NCBI GenBank assembly: GCA_039970455.1
Contig: JBDVLX010000174.1
Coordinates: forward strand, 7,626-71,625
From: Marinomonas sp.
GTDB taxonomy: Bacteria > Pseudomonadota > Gammaproteobacteria > Pseudomonadales > Marinomonadaceae
Reading direction: 5' to 3'
Length of the DNA stretch: 64,000 bases
Part shown: one piece after another, positions 48,864 to 61,400 of the stretch
Position numbering within the stretch: the first letter of the stretch is position 1
Layout: every line of letters begins with the position of its first letter
The notes under the pieces: generated by a model
The model's input: only the letters and a program-made list of their open reading frames with translations
What the model was told of the DNA's origin: nothing
Databases searched by the model: none
Translations under genes and position numbers: made by a program

Positions 48864-50579
48864 TTACATTTCTAGCGATTTGTATTTTTCACGTAGGTGA
48901 TTTCGAATCGTTACTGCTGAAAGATTCAGTAGTGCAATAACCATCACAAGTAATAACGCTGTTGCATAAACAAGTGGTCGCGCTGCTTCCACGTTCGGGC
49001 TTTGGAAACCTACATCATAGATGTGGAAGCCTAAGTGCATGAACTTCTGATCCAAATGTATGAATGGGTAGTTTCCATCCAATGGCAAAGTTGGAGCTAG
49101 TTTCACAACACCCACCAACATCAAAGGCGCAACCTCACCAGCGGCACGAGCCACCGCCAAGATAACACCTGTCATGATTGCTGGGCTGGCCATTGGAAGA
49201 ACCACACGCCATAGGGTTTCGGCTTTTGTCGCACCTAACGCCAAGCTACCTTCGCGTACGTTACGAGGAATACGAGACAAACCTTCTTCTGTCGCCACGA
49301 TAACCACTGGCACAGTTAACAATGCCAAAGTAATCGATGCCCACATCAAGCCACCCGTACCAAAGGTTGGTGACGGCAATGCTTCTGGGAAAAACGCTTG
49401 GTCGATTCCTGAACCTAAAAAGTAGATAAAGAAACCCAAACCAAATACACCGTAAACAATAGAAGGAACACCAGCCAAGTTGTTTACTGCGATACGAATC
49501 ACACGAGTAATAACACCTTGTTTCGCGTATTCACGAAGATAAACGGCCGCAACAACACCAAAAGGCGTAACCAATACTGTCATTAACAATACCATCATCA
49601 CAGTACCGAAGATCGCAGGGAAAACACCACCTTCTGTATTCGCTTCACGAGGATCATCGGTTAGGAATTCCCATACTTTATTAAAGTAGAAACCTAACTT
49701 CTCGAAAACGCCCATCGCATTAGGACGGAAAGCGTGAACGATTTTCGATACTTGGATTTCATGTACCGTACCGTCCATTACTCTTACAGTGAATGAGTCA
49801 CGATTGATCTGCTGGTATAGATCTGCAAGGTTCGCTTGCAAGCCTTTATACTCTTCATCGTATTGTGAACGCTCTGCCGCAAGGTCCGCTTCTACTTCTA
49901 GTGTTAATTCACCGTTCAGTTCAAAGCGACGCTGCTTAAGACGAATACGCTCAAGGGCATGGTTGATTTTACCGATATCACCTTTTTCGATGTCTTTGAT
50001 TTCGTCATGGATAACCGCAGCACGCTCGATGCTTTTCTCGAAAGTTGCCCAAGTCGCCAAAGCAGAATCTGTCGGCGTTAAGTCCGATGTTTCAGACACA
50101 ACCTGACCATCTTCTTTCACTGACATTAGGTAACCGTAAAGATTACCCCATTCATGACGCTCTGCAGCGAACAACATTTCCGGTGTTTGAATGTCGCTTA
50201 GGTATTTATCCAACACCCAACCAAAATCCGCACCGTAAACATCGCGGTTACCCATTTTAAGAAGCGTACGCTTAAGCAAAGGGTCGCCACCTTCAGGGAG
50301 GTTTACACCGGCTTCACGTAATTGAGCAGCCGTTACTTCTACGCTCTCAACACGTTCTGCCGCAATGGTGTAAGACTTCTCACCAGGCAATGAATAAGTC
50401 GCTTGCATCACATCCGCTGGCCAAAAATGACCCAAGCCTCTGACAGCAATCAAAAGTAATAAACCGACTACCATGATGACCGAAATCGCCACAGCACCTG
50501 CATTTAGCCACACCCATGGATCACCAGATTTAACCCATTGAGATACGGACTGTTTTTCCATTTTCATTTCGCTACTCAT
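48864..50579 (-). CDS. pstA: Phosphate ABC transporter permease PstA (long form with large periplasmic insert)
   Basis: [38 protein letters not shown]. Confidence 0.97.
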   Translation of the reverse strand: MSSEMKMEKQSVSQWVKSGDPWVWLNAGAVAISVIMVVGLLLLIAVRGLGHFWPADVMQATYSLPGEKSYTIAAERVESVEVTAAQLREAGVNLPEGGDPLLKRTLLKMGNRDVYGADFGWVLDKYLSDIQTPEMLFAAERHEWGNLYGYLMSVKEDGQVVSETSDLTPTDSALATWATFEKSIERAAVIHDEIKDIEKGDIGKINHALERIRLKQRRFELNGELTLEVEADLAAERSQYDEEYKGLQANLADLYQQINRDSFTVRVMDGTVHEIQVSKIVHAFRPNAMGVFEKLGFYFNKVWEFLTDDPREANTEGGVFPAIFGTVMMVLLMTVLVTPFGVVAAVYLREYAKQGVITRVIRIAVNNLAGVPSIVYGVFGLGFFIYFLGSGIDQAFFPEALPSPTFGTGGLMWASITLALLTVPVVIVATEEGLSRIPRNVREGSLALGATKAETLWRVVLPMASPAIMTGVILAVARAAGEVAPLMLVGVVKLAPTLPLDGNYPFIHLDQKFMHLGFHIYDVGFQSPNVEAARPLVYATALLLVMVIALLNLSAVTIRNHLREKYKSLEM

Positions 50580-52853
50580 TACAATGACCCGTATTTTTTG
50601 CGTAGGTGCTGACGCACGGTTTCAGCGATCGTATTCACTACAAAAGTGAAGATGAACAGAACAAACGCTGCCAAGAACAGAATACGATAATGTGAACTTC
50701 CCACTTCTGATTCCGGTACTTCTACCGCAAGGTTCGCTGCTAACGTACGCATACCTTCGAAGATGTTGAAGTCCATAATTGGCGTATTACCAGTCGCCAT
50801 AAGAACGATCATGGTTTCACCTACCGCACGACCCATACCAATCATGACGGCAGAGAAGATACCTGGGCTCGCTGTTGGCAATACAACGCGAGTCATGGTT
50901 TGCCAATAAGTTGCACCCAATGCTAGAGAACCTTGAGTTAAGGCTTTTGGCACACTGAAAATTGCATCTTCCGTGATAGAGAAGATGGTTGGGATAACCG
51001 CAAAGCCCATCGCAAAACCAACAACTAAAGCGTTACGCTGGTCGAAAGTGATGCCTAAGTCATGAGTAATCCAGCCGCGAATGTTGCCACCGAAGAAGCT
51101 TAATTCAATGATTGGGCTCAAGATCAAACAGAACCAAGCAAGGAAAACAATCACAGGAATAAGCAATAATGGCTGCCAGCCGTCTGGCACTAACCAGCGA
51201 ATGTTGGTTGGCAATCTTGACCATAGATAAGCAAATAGCAGAATACCAGCAGGTAAAACCACCAATATGCTAAAGGTTGCCGCTAAGTTTTCTTCAAGGA
51301 AAGGCGCAAAGAAAAGACCCGCTAAGAAACCTAGGATAACCGTTGGCAAAGCTTCCATCAGCTCGATCACAGGCTTGATCTTACGACGCAAGGCTGGCGC
51401 CATGAAGTAAGCCGTGTAGATCGCACCACAGATTGCCAAAGGCACAGCCATCAGCATAGCGTAGAACGCCGCTTTTAAGGTACCAAATGCCAAAGGCATC
51501 AAGCTGTACTTAGGCTCGAAGTCGTTACTTGCTGAAGACGACTGCCAAGTGTAAGTCGGCTCTGGGTAACTTTCGTACCAAACTTCACCCCAGATAGACG
51601 ACCAAGACACTTCTGGGTGCTCGTTATCTACGTGGTAGAAATGCAGACCTTTACCGTCTTCTAGTAATAAACCATTCGCGCGAGGAGAGAAACTAATCAA
51701 ACGAGCTGTTTCATCACTCAAACGTTCATCGATTACTTTACGCTTAGAGGTGGCGTTGTAAATCGCCACTAAACCGTTTTCGTCCAATGTGGCAAAACCT
51801 TTACGGCGTTGTTCCATAGCCGTATCAACAATCGCATTTGGCTGCTGAACATCACGGATGAAATGCAGTTTTTCTTCGTTGGTTTCGTCATCACGAACGT
51901 TAAACCATTGGCTCACACGACCAGAAGAATCCGCCACCATTACCGAGGTTTTACCTACTAGAGGTTTTACCTACTAGGTAGTTCATTGAAACAAGCTGGG
52001 AATTCTCAGAAACCAATGAAGCGCTGTCTTTCAGACTAATGTTATCGAAGTCACGTAGATCAAACTCGCTGAATTCACCTGAGTTTGTTGCGATATACAA
52101 AGAACGCTGATTACCACTGATGAGTAGACTGTTGATGTCCGCAATGAATGGAATCGCTTCGCGTTGTTCAGTTAACTCAACTTCTTCGGTGATGAAATTA
52201 ACATCTTTAGTTACTTTCAAAACCGATGTTTGAGATTCGCCAGAAGCAGCGATCGTCAAACCATCTTCACTGTCGCGAATCGCCAATTTCTCAATGGCGA
52301 AATCCGCAACCTTGATGGCTTCTTCACCATAAGGATACTCAACAAAAGGCTTAATCTGACGCTTTCCATCAGGGTACGAAGTACGGTAGCTGTGCTGTTT
52401 AATCACCACTTTACCGTCGGCGTAACCGAATGCCAGTAAACGACTCGTATCAGACTCAACGGTGAAACTTGTCACCTCTTCTGCACGGGCGCTTTCTATT
52501 GTCTCAATGACAGAACCGTCCTCGATAGAAAAGAATACGATGGCACCATTGCTGGCAACACGCATACCAATTTCAGATTGCTCTTCCGTTGCTAAATAAA
52601 GGCTTTTACCTTCATCTTGAGCAGGCAAAGAATAACTTGCCTTAGGGTCTATTGAAGCACCAGAAAATAATGGCGCTACTTCATAAAAGAGATAGAAACA
52701 GATCAGAAGTACAGCAAGAATTACGCTGCTCCCTCCGACTGCTATGCCCATTCCAGCCGCTTTGTCTTTCAGGGCTCGAAACTTACGATGACGCTTTAAA
52801 GCTGGCGTGTTGAAATCCAGTTCTGGCATCTGATGGTCAGTCGATTTAGTCAT
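50579..52853 (-). pseudogene. pstC: Phosphate ABC permease PstC (long form), frameshifted by a 16-bp tandem duplication into ORFs 51951-52853 and 50579-51940
   Basis: Removing one GAGGTTTTACCTACTA copy fuses the frames as ...MNYLVGKTSVMVADSSG... (2259 nt, 752 aa); the C-terminal part has PLAFGTLKAA and GRAVGETM. Confidence 0.92.
51945..51976. repeat. Exact 16-bp tandem duplication (GAGGTTTTACCTACTA x2)
   Basis: Copies at 51945-51960 and 51961-51976. Confidence 0.97.
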
Positions 52854-52872
52854 CCGAATTCATCTTTGTTGT

Positions 52873-52890
52873 GTGACAATTTTATGACAC
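52873..52890 (-). promoter_or_regulatory. Pho box upstream of pstC
   Basis: Minus strand GTGTCAT-AAAA-TTGTCAC, a near-consensus 11-bp-period repeat. Confidence 0.8.
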
Positions 52891-52904
52891 TAGGAGAGAA
52901 GTAA

Positions 52905-52935
52905 AAAGCAGGAGAGCGTTACGCTATCCTGCTTT
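52905..52935 (-). terminator. Stem-loop after pstS
   Basis: AAAGCAGGA...TCCTGCTTT stem with a U-tract on the minus strand. Confidence 0.7.
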
Positions 52936-52965
52936 CAAGTGCATCACCAGTGTCGCCAAGCGAAC

Positions 52966-53934
52966 TTAGTTAATGCCTAAAGTATCAAGGTATTTATCAG
53001 CAACTTTAGCCGGTAGAGGTACGTAACCGTCTTTTACAACAACCTCTTGACCCATTTTCGAAAGAACCATTTTAACGAATTCACGCTGTAGTGGTGCTAG
53101 TGGCTTGTTAGGTGCTTTGTTTACGTAAACGTAAAGGAAGCGAGACAGTGGGTATTTACCAGCTGCTGCGTTTTCTGGCGTCGCTTCTACTAATGCGCCA
53201 CCTTCTTTCTTAGAAAGAGGTAATGCACGTACAGAAGACGTTTTGTAACCGATACCAGAGTAACCAATACTGTTAAGAGAAGTAGAAACAGACTGTACAA
53301 CAGAAGCAGAACCAGGCTGTTCGTTTACAGAGTTTTTGAAGTCACCTTTGAAAAGTGCGTTGTCTTTGAAGTAACCGTAAGTACCAGATACTGAGTTACG
53401 ACCGAACAATTGAACGTCACGGTTAGCCCAAGCACCAGTCAAACCTGCTTTACCCCAGTTAGTGATGTCTTCGCTGTGGCCACCTTTACGAGTAGAAGAG
53501 AAGATCGCATCAACTTCAGGAAGAGACAAACCTTTTACTGGGTTATCTTTGTGTACGAAAACTGCTAGAGCGTCGATAGCAACTGGGATAGCCGTTGGCT
53601 TGTAACCGAATTTCTTCTCAAACGCTGCAATTTCTTTGTCTTTCATAGTACGAGACATAGGACCGAAGTTAGACGTGCCTTCTGTCAATGCTGGTGGCGC
53701 AGTAGAAGAACCAGCCGCTTGAATTTGGATGTTTACATTTGGGTATAGACGTTTGAAGTCTTCAGCCCATAATGTCATCAAGTTAGCCAAAGTATCAGAA
53801 CCAACACTTGAGATGTTACCAGAAACACCGCTAGCCTTAGTATAAGTATTCAAACCTGCATCAACGTCCGCAACAGCGTTAAAAGAAACACTTGCCGCTG
53901 CTGTCATAGCTAAACCCGCAACTAGTTTTTTCAT
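52966..53934 (-). CDS. pstS: Phosphate ABC transporter substrate-binding protein PstS
   Basis: Signal peptide, [46 protein letters not shown]. Confidence 0.96.
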   Translation of the reverse strand: MKKLVAGLAMTAAASVSFNAVADVDAGLNTYTKASGVSGNISSVGSDTLANLMTLWAEDFKRLYPNVNIQIQAAGSSTAPPALTEGTSNFGPMSRTMKDKEIAAFEKKFGYKPTAIPVAIDALAVFVHKDNPVKGLSLPEVDAIFSSTRKGGHSEDITNWGKAGLTGAWANRDVQLFGRNSVSGTYGYFKDNALFKGDFKNSVNEQPGSASVVQSVSTSLNSIGYSGIGYKTSSVRALPLSKKEGGALVEATPENAAAGKYPLSRFLYVYVNKAPNKPLAPLQREFVKMVLSKMGQEVVVKDGYVPLPAKVADKYLDTLGIN

Positions 53935-54002
53935 CACATAAACCCCAATGGTTATAGTCAAATATTTATGAGCAACTGCCCATAGCTCGTTCGATGGAAC
54001 AC

Positions 54003-54036
54003 ACTATAAAAAAGTTATGTGACAGAAATGTTAAAC
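54003..54036 (-). promoter_or_regulatory. Pho box and -10 element upstream of pstS
   Basis: Minus strand GTTTAAC-ATTT-CTGTCAC, a 10-nt spacer, then TATAGT; same pattern as the phoB promoter. Confidence 0.78.
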
Positions 54037-54339
54037 AGTGAAATATTTCAAAACTATTTTTCAACCCGACCAAAAAGCGAGGATTAAAGCCGCACCAAAA
54101 CGCCACTTTTTTCGAGAGATATCATCTCGGGATAACAAAAAGAGCAGTTTTTCACTTATAAAGACGTATTTTATTCATAAAATGCCACGAACTGCCGCGA
54201 GTAAGCCCCTGAAATATTCCCATAAGTAGCGTTATCCAATAGACTAGCTGTCCGGATTTTACTGGTTAGGTTTTAACCTTATAAAAAAGGCCTAAAAAGC
54301 ATCCGGCAATAACGATTAAAAAACTCTGTGGGTATTTCA

Positions 54340-54867
54340 ATGTTAAACAAACTGGTCTGTTCAGCCGAAGCTGTCTCCCATTACACAGGGCGATGTGTGG
54401 CTTGGCTTACTTTATTTATGATGCTGCTTACTTGCCTGATCGTACTGTTACGTTATGGCTTTGGTATTGGCTCTATCGCACTGCAAGAATCGGTTCTGTA
54501 TCTTCATGCGTTAGTGTTTATGTTAGGCGCAGCTTATACACTTAAAGACGACGAACATGTACGCGTAGATGTGTTCTACCGAGATTTCTCTGCTACCAAA
54601 AAAGCATGGGTGAACATTCTTGGCGGCATATTCTTTCTTTTACCTTTCACGATTTACACCACTTATTTAAGCTTAGATTACGTGAGTGCGTCTTGGCGTG
54701 TATTGGAAACTTCCCCAGAGCCAGGTGGACTGCCTTTTGTCTATCTATTAAAAACACTGATTCCTATCATGATGGTATGCCTAATTATTCAAGGCTTAGC
54801 TGATATTGCAAAAAACATAGCCGTAGTTAAGACAGGAAAAACTCAAAAGGACGTAACTCATGATTGA
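54340..54867 (+). CDS. dctQ: TRAP transporter small permease DctQ
   Basis: 4 TM; LQESVLYLHALVFMLGAAYTLKDDEHVRVDVFY. Confidence 0.93.
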   Translation: MLNKLVCSAEAVSHYTGRCVAWLTLFMMLLTCLIVLLRYGFGIGSIALQESVLYLHALVFMLGAAYTLKDDEHVRVDVFYRDFSATKKAWVNILGGIFFLLPFTIYTTYLSLDYVSASWRVLETSPEPGGLPFVYLLKTLIPIMMVCLIIQGLADIAKNIAVVKTGKTQKDVTHD

Positions 54868-56248
54868 ATTTATCCCCTTATGGCTCTTTGCAGCCGTTTG
54901 CGTTTGCTTACTGTTCGGCTACCCTGTTGCCTTTTCATTAGGTGGAACCGCGTTAATATTCGCCGCTGTTGGATCATTGGCTGGCACATTTGACAGCGTC
55001 TTCCTAGAAGCTCTGCCAAACCGCTTATTCGGCATTGTTGGCAATGAAACCCTCATCGCAGTACCACTCTTTGTCTTGATGGGCGTGCTCTTAGAAAAAT
55101 CCAAATTGGCTGAGAAGCTGCTTGAGTCCATGGCCATGCTATTTGGCACCATGCGAGGCGGTCTTGGTATTTCGGTTATTTTGGTAGGTATGCTGTTGGC
55201 TGCGAGTACCGGCATTGTCGGTGCAACGGTTGTCACCATGGGCATGATCTCTTTGCCAACCATGTTGCGCCGTGGTTACGATCCTGCGCTAGCAACAGGA
55301 ACCATCTGTGCCACTGGAACATTAGGTCAAATCATTCCACCGTCGATCGCCTTGGTTCTATTAGGCGATGTAATGTCCAACGCGTTCCAAAAAGCGCAAC
55401 TGGAAATGGGGATTTTCTCGCCTAAAACCATCTCGGTTGGTGACTTGTTTGTCGGCGCCTTGATTCCGGGCTTAATCCTGGTTTGTCTGTATATTCTTTA
55501 CGTAATAATGGTCGCTTGGTTGCAACCTCACAAAGCGCCTGCGGTGCCTCGCGAGGAATTGCGCAACGGATCAACAGAGCCTTTAGCGGTTCAATTGATT
55601 AAAGGCTTGGTACCACCGCTTATTCTTATTTTTGCTGTATTGGGTTCTATCCTTAGCGGTATCGCAACCCCTACAGAAGCAGCAGGTGTTGGAGCATTGG
55701 GTGCGGCTATTTTAGCTTGGGCCAGCGGCAAATTAGACCTCCCTACTCTTAAAGACGCCGTTTATTCAACGACCAAAGTCACCTGCATGGTGTTTATGAT
55801 TTTGATCGGTGCCTCTTTATTCTCGCTAGTTTTCCGAGGATTTGGTGGCGAAGAGCTGATTCATGATTTCTTCTCTCAGCTGCCTGGTGGCGTTGTGGGT
55901 GCGATGATTGTTGTTATGTTGCTGATGTTCTTCCTTGGCTTCATCTTAGACTTCATTGAAATCACCTTCGTGGTTGTGCCAATCGTTGCGCCAGTTTTAT
56001 TGGCAATGGGCTTAGACCCTGTTTGGCTCGGCATCATGATGGCGATCAACTTACAGACGTCTTTCTTAACACCGCCATTTGGCTTCGCATTATTTTACCT
56101 ACGTGGTGTGGCACCGCCGGAAATCAAAACTCAGTCTATTTATAAAGGTGTACTACCCTTTATTCTTATTCAGCTCTTTGTGCTGCTATTGCTATCAATA
56201 TGGCCAGAGTTGGCGACTTGGTTACCAGAACAAGTATATGCAAATTAA
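54860..56248 (+). CDS. dctM: TRAP transporter large permease DctM
   Basis: LIAVPLFVLMG, GTLGQIIPPSI, TPTEAAGVG, QTSFLTPPFG. Confidence 0.95.
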   Translation: MIEFIPLWLFAAVCVCLLFGYPVAFSLGGTALIFAAVGSLAGTFDSVFLEALPNRLFGIVGNETLIAVPLFVLMGVLLEKSKLAEKLLESMAMLFGTMRGGLGISVILVGMLLAASTGIVGATVVTMGMISLPTMLRRGYDPALATGTICATGTLGQIIPPSIALVLLGDVMSNAFQKAQLEMGIFSPKTISVGDLFVGALIPGLILVCLYILYVIMVAWLQPHKAPAVPREELRNGSTEPLAVQLIKGLVPPLILIFAVLGSILSGIATPTEAAGVGALGAAILAWASGKLDLPTLKDAVYSTTKVTCMVFMILIGASLFSLVFRGFGGEELIHDFFSQLPGGVVGAMIVVMLLMFFLGFILDFIEITFVVVPIVAPVLLAMGLDPVWLGIMMAINLQTSFLTPPFGFALFYLRGVAPPEIKTQSIYKGVLPFILIQLFVLLLLSIWPELATWLPEQVYAN

Positions 56249-56300
56249 TTAAGCTACTTACGAAACAACAAATATAAATATCTACAGTGAGGATTAGAAT

Positions 56301-57260
56301 ATGAAAGCAATGCAAATAAATGCCTATGGCCCAGCGAGTGATTTGTCATTAGTCGACGCCAAAACGCCAAGTATTAATGCTGATCAAATTCTTGTTCAAG
56401 TCGGCGCAGCCGGCGTGAACCCTGTCGATACTTATATTCGTTCCGGTACTAATAACTACTCCACAACCTTTCCGCATACTCCGGGGTTAGACGGAGCGGG
56501 AACTGTTGTGGAACTTGGCTCTCAAGTCACTGGCTTTGAAGTGGGTCAACGAGTGTACTTTAGCCGCAACCTGTCTGGCTCCTCTGCCGAGTTTGCTGTT
56601 TGCGCAACGACTCACACTTATCCATTAGCTGACGCCTTATCGTTTGAAGAAGGCGCTTGCTTAGGCATTCCTTACACCACAGCTCACCGAGCTTTGTTTG
56701 GTCGAGCGAATGCTAAAACTGGCGACAAAGTTCTGGTTCATGGCGCAACAGGCGCGGTTGGTATTGCAACGGTTCAATTGGCATTATCAGCAGGCATGGA
56801 CGTGGTCGCCAGTGCAGGAACACAAGCAGGAGCAGATCTTCTGCGTGCACAAGGCGTAAGCACAGTGATTATGCACAATGAAGACAACCACCTCGAAGCT
56901 TTTCAATCATTGGAAACAGGCTTTGATGTGATTATCGAAATGTTAGCAAATCACAACTTAGACCAAGACTTAAAAGCCTTGACGACTGGCGGTTGCGTCG
57001 CTGTCGTTGGTAATCGTGGCACAGTAGAAATTAACCCTCGTGATTTAATGGCACGAGACGCTTCTGTTGTTGGTGTAGCTCTTGCGAACATCAAGCCAGC
57101 CGAATTGTCTTTGATTGCCAAAGCCTTGCGACCTCTTTTTGAAAAAGGCGTGCTTAAACCTGTGATTCGTCATTGCTACGACTTAACAGAACTGGCACAA
57201 GCCCATGAAGATGTTTTGAAATCGGGCGCTTTAGGCAACCTTGTGGTTCGTGTCGGCTAA
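56301..57260 (+). CDS. qor: NADPH:quinone oxidoreductase (zeta-crystallin-like MDR)
   Basis: AAGVNPVDTYIRSG, PGLDGAG, VHGATGAVG. Confidence 0.9.
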   Translation: MKAMQINAYGPASDLSLVDAKTPSINADQILVQVGAAGVNPVDTYIRSGTNNYSTTFPHTPGLDGAGTVVELGSQVTGFEVGQRVYFSRNLSGSSAEFAVCATTHTYPLADALSFEEGACLGIPYTTAHRALFGRANAKTGDKVLVHGATGAVGIATVQLALSAGMDVVASAGTQAGADLLRAQGVSTVIMHNEDNHLEAFQSLETGFDVIIEMLANHNLDQDLKALTTGGCVAVVGNRGTVEINPRDLMARDASVVGVALANIKPAELSLIAKALRPLFEKGVLKPVIRHCYDLTELAQAHEDVLKSGALGNLVVRVG

Positions 57261-57300
57261 TACAATATTAGCGACGACAAATGCTAAGTACTAACAGAGT

Positions 57301-57333
57301 AAACACGATGCTTTCACTTGAAACGTCGTGTTT
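57301..57333 (+). terminator. Intrinsic terminator after qor
   Basis: AAACACGATG...CGTCGTGTTT stem followed by a T-run. Confidence 0.7.
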
Positions 57334-57397
57334 ATTTTTATCGCTAATGTTATAACGCGCTATACTTTTTTATTTACTCTGTACAAAAGGTCTCTTT

Positions 57398-58171
57398 TTG
57401 ACTCAACCTGATTCTGACATTATCAGCTTGCCAAGCGAAGCCCATGCCCATGATCACGATTACCATCAATTGGTGGTTGTGCTTGATGGTAATACAGACT
57501 TCGATATTCAAGGTAAAGGTAAGCAACTCCATACTGGTGAAGGCTGCATTCTGCCTTCAGCAAATAGTCATGCCTTCGCAGGACTAGGAGACAATCAGAT
57601 CATGGTGGTTAACCTGCCGATTCCGCCACAAAAAAGCATTACAGATGAAGAATATGAAGTGGTTTCGCGCTTATTTGATCAAGCAGCTTATTTTCAACTT
57701 AACCCTCGTTTACAGATATTGGCGTCCGCTTTGTCTGGTGAGTTGCAGCAATACCCGAATGACTCCATTCTTGCTCGCGCCTGCGGTAACACCTTACTCA
57801 GTGCGATTCGCCATCAAATGAACAGCAAAGACGTTCGTACTCGTGGCAACCAACTGGATATCGACAAGCTAGACCAGTTTATCGAACTTAACCTTTCCCG
57901 TCGCGTGCATATTGATCAACTCGCCAACTTCTGTTTCTTGAGTGTGAGCCAATTCCATGAGCGTTTTAAAGATAAAACAGGCATGACGCCGCATCAGTAT
58001 TTGATGCGAAAACGCTTAGAACGGGCTCAAGATTTACTTCGAGATGGTTTCCCTCCTATCCAAGTTGCAGAAATGTGCGGTTTCTCAAGCCAGAGCGCCA
58101 TGACCAATGTTTTCTCCCAAACGCTAAACATCACACCGCTCAAATACCAAAAGCAATTTGGCAATCGTTAG
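57398..58171 (+). CDS. AraC family regulator upstream of putA (PruR-like position)
   Basis: Cupin HAHDHDYHQL N-terminus; C-terminal LSVSQFHERFK...GFSSQSAMT double HTH. Confidence 0.9.
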   Translation: MTQPDSDIISLPSEAHAHDHDYHQLVVVLDGNTDFDIQGKGKQLHTGEGCILPSANSHAFAGLGDNQIMVVNLPIPPQKSITDEEYEVVSRLFDQAAYFQLNPRLQILASALSGELQQYPNDSILARACGNTLLSAIRHQMNSKDVRTRGNQLDIDKLDQFIELNLSRRVHIDQLANFCFLSVSQFHERFKDKTGMTPHQYLMRKRLERAQDLLRDGFPPIQVAEMCGFSSQSAMTNVFSQTLNITPLKYQKQFGNR

Positions 58172-58474
58172 TCTTTTTCAACATCACTGAAACGCCCTAT
58201 TTATAGGCACTCCCCGCTTTTTTATCTATTTTGTGCACAACAACAAAACACGCCCAACTTTATTCTTCTCAAGCCGGACTTTCTTATAAAAAAAGACGAT
58301 TTTTTCGAAAGACAGCGAATCCCCTCTGTCACTAAAGTGTCAGCATTATCCATATACGCATTACGCCACTTTGATTGATCAATAAGTGGCCAGAAAAATG
58401 CTTAATGCTCTATAACAATATGCGACCTTGGTAAAAAGCAACTATGCTTTTTATGCAGCTCGGGAGACCCAATC

Positions 58475-61400
58475 ATGTTTAAAGCGATTGATGTGTTACA
58501 GCCAGAATTCATTCAAAAACCACTCAATGAATTATGGACGCTCATTTCCCCTCTTTACAAAGCGGACGAAGAAAGCTGGTTAAAGGAACTTTTACCTTTA
58601 GCAAAACCAACAGAGCAAGAACTCGCCAACCACACTAATGCGGCGTCTCAATTAATCGCTGAAGTGCGAAAAGACGACGACAGCATGTCGATGATCGACG
58701 CACTTTTGTTGGAATACAGCCTAGACACCAAAGAAGGCATTCTATTAATGTGCCTTGCAGAAGCATTAATGCGTGTGCCTGACAAAGAAACCGCCGATGC
58801 GTTTATCAAGGATCGCTTAAGCGTAGCTGATTGGGCTTCCCACGCAAAAAATTCCGATTCCTTCTTCGTTAACGCCTCCACATGGGGATTATTGTTAACG
58901 GGAAAAATCGTCACCATGGACGAGAAACAAGACGGATCGCCAGCCAACCTTGTTAATCGCATGGTAAACCGTGTTTCTGAGCCTGTGATTCGCAAAGCGA
59001 TGAACCAAGCTATGAAAGTCATGGGGCATCAGTTTGTTTTAGGCCGTGACATAAAAGAAGCCCTGTCTCGTGGTAAAGGTTACCGAGACAAAGGCTACAC
59101 CTATTCTTTCGATATGTTAGGAGAAGCAGCTCTGACGGCGGCGGATGCAAACAAATACCTAACATCTTACGAGCGAGCAATTGAATCCGTAGGTAAAGAC
59201 ACTTACAACCAAAAACACCGCCCAACCATTTCGATCAAACTGTCTGCGCTTCACCCACGCTATGAAGTGGGCTCTGAAGAACGCGTCATGACGGAATTGT
59301 TCGACAGTGTTAAAGGTTTGATTACCAAAGCGCGCGCCTTGAATGTCGGCATCACCATTGATGCTGAAGAAGCCGACCGCTTAGAGCTCTCTTTGCATTT
59401 ATTTGAAAAACTCTACCGCGACGAAACCACTCGTGGTTGGGGCTTATTTGGTCTTGTTGTACAAGCTTACTCAAAACGCGCTCTTCCTGTATTAGCTTGG
59501 CTTGCAGCATTGGCCAAAGAGCAAGGTGATCGCATTCCTGTTCGTCTAGTAAAAGGCGCTTACTGGGATTCTGAAATCAAACTGTGCCAACAACGTGGTA
59601 TCAATGGCTACCCTGTTTACACACGCAAAGAAGCGACTGACGTTTCTTACCTTGCTTGTGCGCACTTCCTGCTAAGTGAACACACGCGTGCAAACATTTT
59701 CCCTCAGTTTGCGAGCCATAACGCACACACCATTGCGACAATTCATTGTTTAGCACAGCAACTTGGTGCGACATCAGATGAGTTTGAATTCCAGCGTTTG
59801 CACGGAATGGGTGATGCACTTTATAACCATTTGATTAAAGAAAACGACATCTGTGTCCGTATTTATGCACCAGTAGGTAGCCATAAAGACTTGCTTCCTT
59901 ACTTGGTTCGTCGTCTTCTTGAAAACGGCGCTAACAGCTCGTTTGTTCATCGCTTGATTGATGCCAGCTATCCAATTGAAGATTTGGTTGACCACCCAGT
60001 GACGACCTTGGAAAGCCGTAAAACCTTGGCGAACCAACACATCAATCTGCCAATTGACTTGTTTGATGATCGTAAAAACTCTTTCGGCCCTAACATTGAA
60101 ATTGACTCTGATTGGACACCGTTTAAAGCGAAAATCGACGAGTTTATGGCGCAGAACACACAATGGCGCGCTTTCCCAATCGTCGGCGGCGAGAAAGTTG
60201 AAACTGGTCAAAGTCACGCCATTTTAAGTCCTTATGATCATAGCCAAGCGGCTGGACAAATTGATTGGGCAGACAGCGCAACCGTAACCAAAGCCATCGA
60301 CATCGCAGAAGCGGCTTTCCCTGCGTGGTCAACACGTTCAGCCAATGAGCGTGCCGACTGCTTAGACCGTGCTGCAGACTTGATGGAAGAAAACTACGCA
60401 GAACTCATGGCACTTTGTCATCGTGAAGCGGGTAAAACCATTCAAGACAGCATTGATGAAGTGCGTGAAGCCGTGGATTTCTGTCGTTACTACGCGCAAC
60501 AAGCGCGCAGTCACTTCGCAAATCCAACAGCCTATACAGATTTCTTAGGAAACAAAAAACAGGCACAGTTAAAAGGTCGTGGCGTCTTTGCTTGTATCAG
60601 CCCTTGGAACTTCCCATTGGCTATTTTCACGGGACAAGTCGTTGCTGCACTTGTAGTGGGTAACACGGTCATTGCAAAACCCGCTGAACAAACCAGTTTA
60701 ATTGCCTTCCGTGCCATTGAATTACTTCATCAAGCTGGTATTCCAACGGACGTATTGCACCTTCTTCCGGGTGATGGCGCAACAGTCGGTGCACCGTTAA
60801 CCAGTGATAAACGCATCGCAGGTTTAGCGTTTACTGGTTCAACCGGAACAGCACAATTGATCAACCGTACTTTAGCGGCGCGTGGTGTCACTCCAGCTCC
60901 TGTGATTGCTGAAACCGGCGGTCAAAACGCCATGTTGGTGGATTCTACTTCTTTGCCTGAACAAGTGGTTCGCGATGCTGTTCGTTCAGCCTTTGCTTCT
61001 GCTGGTCAGCGTTGTTCTGCTCTGCGTGTTTTGTTCATTCAAGAAGACATCGCAGATCGCGTGATTCCAATGATCAAAGGCGCGATGCAAGAACAAAGTG
61101 TTGGCTTGCCTTATTTGCACAGCACAGATGTTGGCCCAGTAATCGATAAAAAAGCACAAAACATGCTGCTTGATCACATTGAACATATGAAGGCTGCGGG
61201 TAAATTAATCGCGCAAGCAGCTTTACCTGAGTTCGCGGATAAAGGCACTTACGTTGCACCAACGGCGTTTGAAATTGACAGCATTGATCAATTAACCGAT
61301 GAGAAATTCGGCCCAATTCTTCATGTTGTTCGTTACAAAGCCCGTGACCTAAATAAGATCATCGATACGATCAACAACTCAGGTTTTGGTTTGACGCTTG

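Noticed and set aside
58648-61316. Multiple minus-strand ORFs up to 147 aa
   Set aside because: Antisense shadows of putA.
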